In this document: piece by piece, positions 8,151 through 15,932 of the stretch
Layout of the letters: each line of letters starts with the position of its first letter
Numbering within the stretch: position 1 is the first letter of the stretch
Source: an uncultured Bacilli bacterium
GTDB lineage: Bacteria > Bacillota_I > Bacilli_A > RF39 > UBA660
Direction: 5' to 3'
Length of the DNA stretch: 64,000 bases
Assembly: GCA_947629375.1 (NCBI GenBank)
Contig: CANRDN010000009.1
Span: 209-64,208 of the forward strand
Notes under the pieces: model-generated
The model's database searches: none
Told to the model about the DNA's origin: nothing
What the model saw: only the letters and a program-made list of their open reading frames with translations
Program-made: the position numbers and the translations under genes

Positions 8151-9041
8151 ATGGAAAAATCTAAAGTATATTTTTGTAAAGAAATAAATAGTGAAAATTT
8201 AATTAAGATGTATGAAACTTTAGGAGTAAAGCTTACAGGTAAAGTAGGAGTAAAAGTTTCAACTGGTGAAGATGGTGCTAAAGGATACTTAAAGGCAGAT
8301 TTAATTGGACCTCTAGTTAAAAAATTAAATGGTACAATAATTGAATGTAATACAGCGTATCCTGGTGCAAGAACAAATAAAGAAGATCACTTAAAAGTAG
8401 CAGAAAAACACGGCTTCACATCTTTTGCTGATGTCGATATTATGGATGGAGATGGAGAATTCAAAATACCTGTTCATAATGGAAAACACCTAGAATACGA
8501 TATAGTTGGAGAGAACTTTAAAAACTATGATTCAATTTTAAACCTTGCTCACGGAAAAGGACACGCTATGGGAGGATTTGGAGCTAATTTGAAGAATCAA
8601 TCAATAGGTATTGCTTCTCGTAATGGTAAAGCATACATTCACTCTTGTGGTAAAACAGAAGATCCAAATGAATTTTGGTCAATGAAAAATGAACAAAAAG
8701 ATTTTATTGAATCAATGGCAGAAGCTGCTAAAGCAGTAAGTGACTACTTAAAAGAAAATAATAAGCCAATTTTATATATAACAGTTATGAATGCTATATC
8801 TGTAGACTGTGATTGTGATGCTCATCAAGGAGACCCAGTTATGAAAGACTTAGGAATACTTGCATCAACTGATCCTGTTGCAAACGATCAAGCATTTATC
8901 GATATGATTTGGAATAGCACAGATCCAGGTCACACTAAAATGATGGAAAGAATTGACACAAGAGTAGGAAGACATATTACTGAATATGCAGAATCTTTAG
9001 GACTTGGTACAACTGAATACGAACTTGTTGAAATAAAATAA
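8151..9041 (+). CDS. DUF362 / COG2768-like putative Fe-S protein
   Basis: MEKSKVYFC... N-terminus and a Cys/His cluster ISVDCDCDAHQG are typical of DUF362. A TATAAT at 8124-8129 lies inside the track N-terminal extension, so the ATG at 8151 (RBS AAAGGAAA) is preferred. Confidence 0.65.
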   Translation: MEKSKVYFCKEINSENLIKMYETLGVKLTGKVGVKVSTGEDGAKGYLKADLIGPLVKKLNGTIIECNTAYPGARTNKEDHLKVAEKHGFTSFADVDIMDGDGEFKIPVHNGKHLEYDIVGENFKNYDSILNLAHGKGHAMGGFGANLKNQSIGIASRNGKAYIHSCGKTEDPNEFWSMKNEQKDFIESMAEAAKAVSDYLKENNKPILYITVMNAISVDCDCDAHQGDPVMKDLGILASTDPVANDQAFIDMIWNSTDPGHTKMMERIDTRVGRHITEYAESLGLGTTEYELVEIK

Positions 9042-9051
9042 TTAACAGAAG

Positions 9052-9080
9052 TTGACGATGTATATAAATGTAAATATAAA
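9052..9080 (+). promoter_or_regulatory. sigma-A type promoter TTGACG-17 nt-TATAAA
   Basis: Hexamers with 17-nt spacing upstream of the 346-aa orphan ORF. Confidence 0.4.
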
Positions 9081-9166
9081 GTACAATAGTGTACACTTTT
9101 AAAGACAATGATGATATACTAAAATCAGTAAAATAGATAAAAAATATATTGAAAAGAGGTTAAAGT

Positions 9167-10207
9167 ATGAAAGAATATATGATGTATTTTAAAAACGGGG
9201 ATAATGCAAGCGGTGAATTGTTTATTAATAATCACGGCAAAGAGTTAGCAGATGGTATAAAGAATAATCCTGCTTTTCTATCATCTTTGCAACAAGCAAT
9301 AATGGCAGTAGTTGGTAGTGCAGCAGAGCCTAACGTAGATGTTCCCGTTTATATCGAAATTTCAAATGATGGTCAGGAATTGGTTTTAAGAAGTAAAGTT
9401 AGAAAATCACCAATAAATCATAATCCTGATTTACAAGATAATATTTCTTTTGATCAAGTGAGATTTCATTTAGAAGGAGATAATCTAGTAGTTACTAATT
9501 ATACTGGAGAAATGTATAATTTAGATGATTATAAGAAAACTACTAGTGGTGAATTTGCTGAAAAGTTAGCACCTTTTGATTCAAATAGAACTCCGACACT
9601 TTTAAGCACTTTTTATACAAATACTTTATATACAAATGATGGTATTCAATTATCTTATTCAACATATAAAGATTATTCTCCACTTGGTTGTAGAAAAGAT
9701 GATAGTGCTCTATTAAGAGAGACTATTTCTTCACATTGTCCTCAAAGATGGCAATTTGGTTATGTTCCATCAGATCCTCAATTTGCATATCACGCAAGTG
9801 CTAGTACAGTATTTAGATATCCAGATCGTTTAGGAATGGCAGAATATGTTGAAGTTAATGGTATTGATGCTAAAAATATGGCAAAAGAATATAAGCGTAA
9901 CTATTATGCTGTAAATACAGAATGGCCTGAAAGATTAGGAATTATACCAAACTCACTTGCTCATTTCGATGATAGAGATATAGTTCTATCAGATAGTTGT
10001 AAATCATTATTTCCTAATTTAATGACATATGATGAAGTTGAAAGAGAAATTTCAAAACAATTTATAGCAGGATTAGATAACTCTAGAACGAAAGATACTT
10101 CTCCTTTGCTATATGATAAAATGAGAGAAATGTCAGCATTAGGATTAAAACGCAGATATGGAATTGATGTTCCAGAAGTTTCTGAATCTGAAGGAATGAA
10201 AAGATAA
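9167..10207 (+). CDS. hypothetical protein (346 aa), no recognisable domain
   Basis: Long ORF with an AAGAGG RBS, its own promoter and a terminator. Confidence 0.6.
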   Translation: MKEYMMYFKNGDNASGELFINNHGKELADGIKNNPAFLSSLQQAIMAVVGSAAEPNVDVPVYIEISNDGQELVLRSKVRKSPINHNPDLQDNISFDQVRFHLEGDNLVVTNYTGEMYNLDDYKKTTSGEFAEKLAPFDSNRTPTLLSTFYTNTLYTNDGIQLSYSTYKDYSPLGCRKDDSALLRETISSHCPQRWQFGYVPSDPQFAYHASASTVFRYPDRLGMAEYVEVNGIDAKNMAKEYKRNYYAVNTEWPERLGIIPNSLAHFDDRDIVLSDSCKSLFPNLMTYDEVEREISKQFIAGLDNSRTKDTSPLLYDKMREMSALGLKRRYGIDVPEVSESEGMKR

Positions 10208-10225
10208 AGACTCTATGAGTCTTTT
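10207..10225 (+). terminator. intrinsic terminator
   Basis: AAGACTC-tat-GAGTCTT followed by TTT; overlaps the stop codon. Confidence 0.5.
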
Positions 10226-10239
10226 TAAATAGAGGTTTT

Positions 10240-10569
10240 ATGGCGACATTTGATGATTTCAAAAAATTAGATATAAGAGTAGGTACGATTAAGGAAGCTA
10301 AAGTATTTGAAAAAGCAAAGAAGAAAGCTTATCAATTAGTTATCGATTTTGGAGAAGAGGTAGGAATAAAAAAGTCATCAGCTCAAATCACTGATTTATA
10401 TACTGTTGATGATTTAATTGGTAAAAAAATCTTGGCCGTTGTAAACTTTCCTCCAAGGCAGATAGCGGACTTTATGTCGGAGGTTTTAGTACTTGGTACC
10501 TATAGTAAAGATGGTGTGGTCTTGATTGTTCCTGATAAAGAAACAGAAAATGGAGATAGACTTGGTTAA
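10240..10569 (+). CDS. csaA: tRNA-binding domain protein (CsaA/EMAP-II-like)
   Basis: FKKLDIRVGTIKEAKVF...KKAYQLVIDFGEE...SSAQIT matches the CsaA-type OB fold. Confidence 0.8.
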   Translation: MATFDDFKKLDIRVGTIKEAKVFEKAKKKAYQLVIDFGEEVGIKKSSAQITDLYTVDDLIGKKILAVVNFPPRQIADFMSEVLVLGTYSKDGVVLIVPDKETENGDRLG

Positions 10570-10597
10570 AAATCAAATTCAATATTTGATTTTTTTC

Positions 10598-10625
10598 TTG
10601 CATTAAAATTAATTATGTGTATAAT
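10598..10625 (+). promoter_or_regulatory. sigma-A promoter TTGCAT-16 nt-TATAAT of the zur-znu operon
   Basis: Hexamers at 10598-10603 and 10620-10625. Confidence 0.5.
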
Positions 10626-10631
10626 CTAATA

Positions 10632-10646
10632 TGAAAATCATTTTCA
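10632..10646. promoter_or_regulatory. Fur-family (Zur) operator, perfect 7-1-7 palindrome TGAAAATCATTTTCA
   Basis: Perfect inverted repeat immediately downstream of the -10, in front of the zur-znuACB genes. Confidence 0.7.
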
Positions 10647-10661
10647 AATTGGAGTGATATT

Positions 10662-11060
10662 ATGCAAAGAACCAATAGTTATAGTACTAAGCAAAAGGAT
10701 AGAATCCTAGAAGTTATCAAAGGATATAGCAAAGAATTCACTATTAAAGATATCTATAATGAACTAGAAGGAATTGGATTAACTACTATCTATCGTTTTG
10801 TAAATAAACTAGAAAAAGACGGACTAATCAGCAAATATATTGGAAGTAACAACACGACTTATTATCAATATTTAGAAAAGTGCAACAAAGAAAATCATTT
10901 CTATCTTAAGTGTGACAATTGTGGAAAGATGGAACATATCGATTGTGAATGTATTGGAAAACTTTCTTCTCATATCTTTAAAGAACATAAGTTTAATCCA
11001 AGTAAAAATCACATAATAATAAATGGATTGTGTGAAAAGTGTGGTGAAAAAGATGAATAA
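10662..11060 (+). CDS. zur: Fur-family metalloregulator, probable zinc uptake regulator
   Basis: Winged-helix N-terminus, CxxC...CxxC pairs (CDNCGKMEHIDCEC, CEKCG), and genomic linkage to zinc ABC transporter genes. Confidence 0.8.
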   Translation: MQRTNSYSTKQKDRILEVIKGYSKEFTIKDIYNELEGIGLTTIYRFVNKLEKDGLISKYIGSNNTTYYQYLEKCNKENHFYLKCDNCGKMEHIDCECIGKLSSHIFKEHKFNPSKNHIIINGLCEKCGEKDE

Positions 11061-11988
11061 AATTAGGAACTTACTTTTTGTGTCTTTTTTAGTTTTAATG
11101 AGCCTTACTTTTACTTCTTGTGTTAAAAAAGAAGATGATAATAAGTTTACAATAATTGCGACAAGTTTTCCCTCATATGACTTTGCAAGAGCAATTGTAA
11201 AAGATACTGATGTTGAAGTAAAAATGCTTTTAAAACCAGGAAGTGAAACTCACGACTATGACCCTACTCCAAGAGATATTGTCGACATAAATAAAAGCGA
11301 CATTTTTATCTATGTTGGAGGAGAATCCGATTACTGGGTAAAAGATATCTTAAATAATATTGAAAATAATGATGTAAAAATAATAAAGCTTATGGACTGT
11401 GTCGATTTACTTAAGGAAGATGACGACCAAATTCTTGAAAAAGAAACTGAAAGTGACGAAGAAGATGACGAACACATTTGGACAAGTCCACTTAACGCCA
11501 TAAAAATAGTTGAAATGTTAAAAGATGAAATAATAAATAAAGACCCTGAAAACAAAGATATATATCTTAAAAATGCTCAAAAATATATCAATGAACTTAA
11601 AAATATTGATAAAGAAATAACTGATATTGTCTCTAAATCAAAGAATAAACTTTTAATATTTGGAGATAGATTTCCTTTTATTTACTTCACAAATCAATAT
11701 GGATTAAAGTACTATGCAGCATTTAGTGGTTGCTCTGAACAAGTGGAGGCAAGTTCTAAAACTATTTCTTCCTTAATTGACAAGGTTAAAAAAAATAACA
11801 TTAAAGTTATCTTAAAAATTGAGTTATCTAACGGACAAATTGCCAACTCTATTGCTGAAGAGACAGGTGCTAAAGTATTAGAACTACATTCAGCTCACAA
11901 TATTTCAGAGAAAGATTTTGATAATGGTGTTACTTATATAGACCTTATGAAAAGAAACATTAAAGTATTAAAGGAGGCTTTAAACTAA
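11053..11988 (+). CDS. znuA: zinc ABC transporter substrate-binding lipoprotein (ZnuA/AdcA family)
   Basis: Lipobox LTFTSC and an acidic/His loop ETESDEEDDEHIW typical of ZnuA. The start at 11053 overlaps the zur stop (ATGAATAA). Confidence 0.85.
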   Translation: MNKIRNLLFVSFLVLMSLTFTSCVKKEDDNKFTIIATSFPSYDFARAIVKDTDVEVKMLLKPGSETHDYDPTPRDIVDINKSDIFIYVGGESDYWVKDILNNIENNDVKIIKLMDCVDLLKEDDDQILEKETESDEEDDEHIWTSPLNAIKIVEMLKDEIINKDPENKDIYLKNAQKYINELKNIDKEITDIVSKSKNKLLIFGDRFPFIYFTNQYGLKYYAAFSGCSEQVEASSKTISSLIDKVKKNNIKVILKIELSNGQIANSIAEETGAKVLELHSAHNISEKDFDNGVTYIDLMKRNIKVLKEALN

Positions 11989-12665
11989 TGAGCTTAATAG
12001 AATTAAAAAATGTGACTTTAGGATATGATAAACATATTGTTCTTAAGCACTTGAATATTAATATAGAAGATAAAGACTTTATCTGTATAGTAGGTCCAAA
12101 TGGAAGTGGAAAAAGCACTTTAATTAAAGGAATTCTTGGACTTATTAAACCGATGAAGGGTAAAGTTGTCTATAACGGCTTAAAGCAGAACTTTATTGGG
12201 TATATGCCTCAAGAAACAAAAGTAGATTCAAACTTTCCAGCATCTGTTATGGAAATTGTTCTATCTGGAACTTTAAATTCATCTCACAGTATTTTTTACA
12301 CTAAAGAAAATAAAGATACAGCTCTATATAATTTGAGACTTTTAGGAATTGAAAAATTAAAGAATAAGAGCTTCTGCGATTTATCCGGTGGTCAAAGACA
12401 AAAAGTACTTTTGGCAAGAAGTTTGTGTGCCACTAGTAAACTATTAATACTTGATGAACCATCTAACAACTTAGATAGTAAATCTAAAAAAGAGTTATAC
12501 GACACAGTAGTAGGTCTAAATAAAGAACACGGAATTACGATACTTATGGTAACTCACGATTTGGATCACAACAATTTAATTGGAAATAAAGTTTTATCTT
12601 TAAGAGAAGATGATATCTTCTTTGGAAGTATCGATGAGTTTGTAAGGAGAGTCCATAATGATTAA
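11988..12665 (+). CDS. znuC: zinc ABC transporter ATP-binding protein
   Basis: Walker A GPNGSGKST, signature LSGGQRQ, Walker B LILDEP. Confidence 0.85.
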   Translation: MSLIELKNVTLGYDKHIVLKHLNINIEDKDFICIVGPNGSGKSTLIKGILGLIKPMKGKVVYNGLKQNFIGYMPQETKVDSNFPASVMEIVLSGTLNSSHSIFYTKENKDTALYNLRLLGIEKLKNKSFCDLSGGQRQKVLLARSLCATSKLLILDEPSNNLDSKSKKELYDTVVGLNKEHGITILMVTHDLDHNNLIGNKVLSLREDDIFFGSIDEFVRRVHND

Positions 12666-13479
12666 TGATATTTTAGAAATGTTTTCTTATTCTTTTATGC
12701 AAAGAGCATTTATAGCTGGATTATTAATATCTTTATGTGCTTCCTTAATAGGTGTCTCTTTAGTATTAAGAAGAAATTCGATGATAGGGGATGGGTTATC
12801 CCACGTAGGTTTTGGTGCCTTTGCTCTAGCTAGTGTATTTGGTATTGCTCCTTTAGAGTTTGCTATTCCTATAGTTATTGTTGTATCTTTCCTTATTTTA
12901 AGGCTTAACAGTAGTAATAAAATCAGTGGAGATTCAATGATTGCTCTTATATCCGTATCAGCTCTTGCTATAGGTACTTTTGTTATATCGGTTACAGGTG
13001 CTAATACCGATATTAATAGTTACTTGTTTGGAAGTATAGTTTCTATTAATGAAAAAGATGTTTTTGTAAGTATAGTTTTATCCCTATTAGTATTGGCGCT
13101 TTATATTTTCTCTTATAATAAGATATTTGCCATAACTTTCGATGAGAAGTTTGCCAGGTCTATTGGAATTAAGACAAATCTTTACAATGTAATCTTTGCC
13201 AGTTTATGTTCAATTGTAGTAGTTCTAGGTATGAGAGTAATGGGAGCTTTACTTATATCGAGCCTAATAATATTTCCAACACTTTCATCAATGCAGATTT
13301 TTAAAACATTTAAAAGTGTCGTTATCTCAAGTGTTGTAATATCTCTTATTTCATTTGTCTTTGGTCTTATTACTTCATATTTAGAAGCAACACCAACCGG
13401 ATCTACTATCGTGTTAGTAAATCTTTGCGTATTTATAATATTTAAAATTATTTCCAAGTTTATTTTAAAAAGAAGTTAA
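12658..13479 (+). CDS. znuB: zinc ABC transporter permease
   Basis: Polytopic membrane protein of the ABC-3 type that overlaps the znuC stop. Confidence 0.85.
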   Translation: MINDILEMFSYSFMQRAFIAGLLISLCASLIGVSLVLRRNSMIGDGLSHVGFGAFALASVFGIAPLEFAIPIVIVVSFLILRLNSSNKISGDSMIALISVSALAIGTFVISVTGANTDINSYLFGSIVSINEKDVFVSIVLSLLVLALYIFSYNKIFAITFDEKFARSIGIKTNLYNVIFASLCSIVVVLGMRVMGALLISSLIIFPTLSSMQIFKTFKSVVISSVVISLISFVFGLITSYLEATPTGSTIVLVNLCVFIIFKIISKFILKRS

Positions 13480-13511
13480 CAATATTATTTACAGTATATT
13501 ACATAAAAAAG

Positions 13512-13540
13512 TTGTAAAATGTGTTAGCACATATTATAAT
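13512..13540 (+). promoter_or_regulatory. sigma-A promoter TTGTAA-17 nt-TATAAT
   Basis: Hexamers with 17-nt spacing upstream of the 42-aa ORF. Confidence 0.4.
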
Positions 13541-13580
13541 AAAGGTGTCAAAAAAAGTTAATTATGTAGGAGGTAGTAAA

Positions 13581-13709
13581 ATGGGAAAAACTAAAAAGGT
13601 TGCAGTTGGTGCAGCACTTCTTGCAGTAGCATCAGCAGTAACTTTTGGTCTTGTTAAGAAAAACAAGGATAAAAAAGCTAAAGAAACTAAAAAAGTAACA
13701 GAAGAATAG
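13581..13709 (+). CDS. small membrane protein (42 aa, MGKTKKVAVGAALLAVASAVTFGLVKKNKDKKAKETKKVTEE)
   Basis: Strong RBS GTAGGAGGT 7 nt upstream, a single TM helix, and a hairpin after the stop. The track start at 13521 is an upstream extension. Confidence 0.45.
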   Translation: MGKTKKVAVGAALLAVASAVTFGLVKKNKDKKAKETKKVTEE

Positions 13710-13799
13710 TCACTATGTGATTATTTTTTTATATGATTTAATTATTATTCCCAAGAAGTTATATCGTGGTATAATTATTTTATAAGAAAAGGAGAGTTT

Positions 13800-14174
13800 A
13801 TGAGAGAATTAGTTTTAAGAAAATGTAAATCTTGCGGAGCTTTAGTAAAAGTTTTTGAAGATTGTAATTGTAAATGTGGACTTGAGTGCTGTGGAGAAAA
13901 AATGGAGAAAATTACTCCAAATTCAGTTGATGCAGCTGTAGAAAAACATATTCCAACATACGAGATAAAGGATGATGTAATAGAAGTTGTTGTAAATCAC
14001 GTAATGGAAGAAGATCATTATATTGAGTGGATTGCAGCAGTATCAGATAACTACGAAGAAATAAAATATTTACAACCTGGTGTTAAAGCTAAAGCAACTT
14101 TTAAATATCATAATGGAATGACTTTATATTCATATTGTAATAAACATTCTTTATGGAAAAAAGAAGTAGAATAA
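13800..14174 (+). CDS. dfx: desulfoferrodoxin (superoxide reductase)
   Basis: N-terminal Cys cluster CKSCG...CNCKCG, and centre II ligands EKHIP, EEDHYIEW and YCNKHSLW. Confidence 0.85.
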   Translation: MRELVLRKCKSCGALVKVFEDCNCKCGLECCGEKMEKITPNSVDAAVEKHIPTYEIKDDVIEVVVNHVMEEDHYIEWIAAVSDNYEEIKYLQPGVKAKATFKYHNGMTLYSYCNKHSLWKKEVE

Positions 14175-14200
14175 AGTAGTTTTATCTACTTTTTCTTTTT
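14173..14200 (+). terminator. intrinsic terminator
   Basis: AAGTAG-ttttat-CTACTT followed by a T-run. Confidence 0.5.
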
Positions 14201-14236
14201 GTAATTTGGGTTTTGTTTGCAATTTTCAAACATTTG

Positions 14237-14245
14237 TGTTATAAT
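14237..14245 (+). promoter_or_regulatory. extended -10 promoter element TGTTATAAT
   Basis: TGTTATAAT lies about 27 nt upstream of the ATG at 14272. Confidence 0.4.
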
Positions 14246-14271
14246 ATAGGGCGTTTTAAGGGGGAATGGCA

Positions 14272-14883
14272 ATGCATAACGATATAACGCGTTTAAAAAT
14301 GATAAATGAAATTATAAGTAAGAGTGGAAGTACAGAATATTTAAAGACATTGAGAGAGAAATTAATTGAAAGAAACAATAAAAGAGTATTTGATAGAATC
14401 AATAATGATGATTTACCATCTAAAAGATCAAGAAATGAGTATAAAGAAGCATTTAAAGAATTATGTAGCTATATTTTTGCAGGGTTTGATTACTATTATG
14501 CTTCAAATGTCGGAACAAACTTAAAAAATCATCATACTTTCCAAAACTATCCTCGTCAAATAGATGTCTTAATTAATGTTGAACACCTAGACAAATTAAA
14601 AAATGTAATTGAATCTTCACCAAATTTATCATTTGTCGATTATAATAATCAGCAAATAATTACTTACAAAGATTCATCAATTTACTTTAGACTAGTACCA
14701 TTTATTAGAAATGAAGATAATAGCCTTTCATTTAATGTAGATGGAAGAAATGTATCGGTAGGAGCAAAAGAGTTAGAAAGCTTTGTAGGAAAAAATGAAG
14801 ATTATGAAGAATTAGAATACAAAAAATTATCTCTTAAAGGATTGAGACTTGAAAAGGGTAGAAAAAAGGTGAGTGACTGCTAG
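14272..14883 (+). CDS. hypothetical protein (about 203 aa), no recognisable domain
   Basis: ORF with an AAGGGGG RBS. Its stop overlaps the stop of the convergent radical SAM gene. Confidence 0.55.
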   Translation: MHNDITRLKMINEIISKSGSTEYLKTLREKLIERNNKRVFDRINNDDLPSKRSRNEYKEAFKELCSYIFAGFDYYYASNVGTNLKNHHTFQNYPRQIDVLINVEHLDKLKNVIESSPNLSFVDYNNQQIITYKDSSIYFRLVPFIRNEDNSLSFNVDGRNVSVGAKELESFVGKNEDYEELEYKKLSLKGLRLEKGRKKVSDC

Positions 14884-15821
14884 TCCTCATCTTTTCTTTT
14901 ACCTTGATAAGAATTTCTTCTTACAAATTCTTTATCTATTTCATTTAAAACACAGAATTTCTTTGTTAACCAAAAAGGCTCAACTAAATCATCTATCTTA
15001 GGGTCACCTGTTACTCTATTGATAACTATTTCTTCTCTTAATCTTTCAAGCTGGTCGCATACAACTGATACATACTCATCTCTTGATAAAATATGAAAAT
15101 GCTCTTTCTCATATAACTTTTCCATTGCTGTATCTTTAAGTATGTGAAGCATATGAATCTTTATTCCCCAAATATCTAATTTATTTAAATATTTAACGGT
15201 ATTTAACATATCTTCTTTAGTTTCGTAGGGAAGACCATTTATGATATGTACCAATATTTTAATATTTCTTTTATTTAATTCTTTAACGGCATCTTCAAAA
15301 GTTTTAAGACTGCAGCATCTATTAATTAGTTTAGCTGTTTTTTCATTTGTTGTTTGAAGACCTAATTCCACGATTAAGTCTGTTTTTTTATTTAAAGTTT
15401 CTAAATAGTCATAACATTCTTTTGAAATAGAATCGGGTCTTGTGGAAATATTTATTCCAACGACATTTTGATAAGTTAATACTTCTTCCCAATTCTTCTT
15501 TAGATATTCTAAATCCCCATAAGTATTAGTATTAGCTTGAAAGTAGGCGATAAACTTACAAGTTGGCCACTTTTTTAACATCATTTCTTTTACAGAATCA
15601 AATTGTTCTTTAAGTGGTAATAAAGGGTCTCCTGCAAAATCTCCACTTCCTAGTTTAGAACAGTAGGTGCATCCACCAAAACCAACCTTACCATCTTTAT
15701 TGGGGCAAGTTAGACCTAGATTTAGACTTATTTTAGCTATTTTACAACCATACTTTTTCTTATAATAATAATCTAAAGTATAGTATCTTTTATTCGAATC
15801 ACTATATTTAAAGCAAGACAT
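14880..15821 (-). CDS. radical SAM protein, TIGR01212 (YtqA-like) family
   Basis: CPNKDGKVGFGGCTYCS cluster motif and overall family-like sequence. Confidence 0.8.
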   Translation of the reverse strand: MSCFKYSDSNKRYYTLDYYYKKKYGCKIAKISLNLGLTCPNKDGKVGFGGCTYCSKLGSGDFAGDPLLPLKEQFDSVKEMMLKKWPTCKFIAYFQANTNTYGDLEYLKKNWEEVLTYQNVVGINISTRPDSISKECYDYLETLNKKTDLIVELGLQTTNEKTAKLINRCCSLKTFEDAVKELNKRNIKILVHIINGLPYETKEDMLNTVKYLNKLDIWGIKIHMLHILKDTAMEKLYEKEHFHILSRDEYVSVVCDQLERLREEIVINRVTGDPKIDDLVEPFWLTKKFCVLNEIDKEFVRRNSYQGKRKDED

Positions 15822-15932
15822 AACATCACCACTTCATATTATAACACAATTTTATAGATACTTTTGTTATTTAGGAGTACAATTCCCAAATAATTTATGA
15901 TATATTAATATATAGAATAAAGGGTGATAGAT

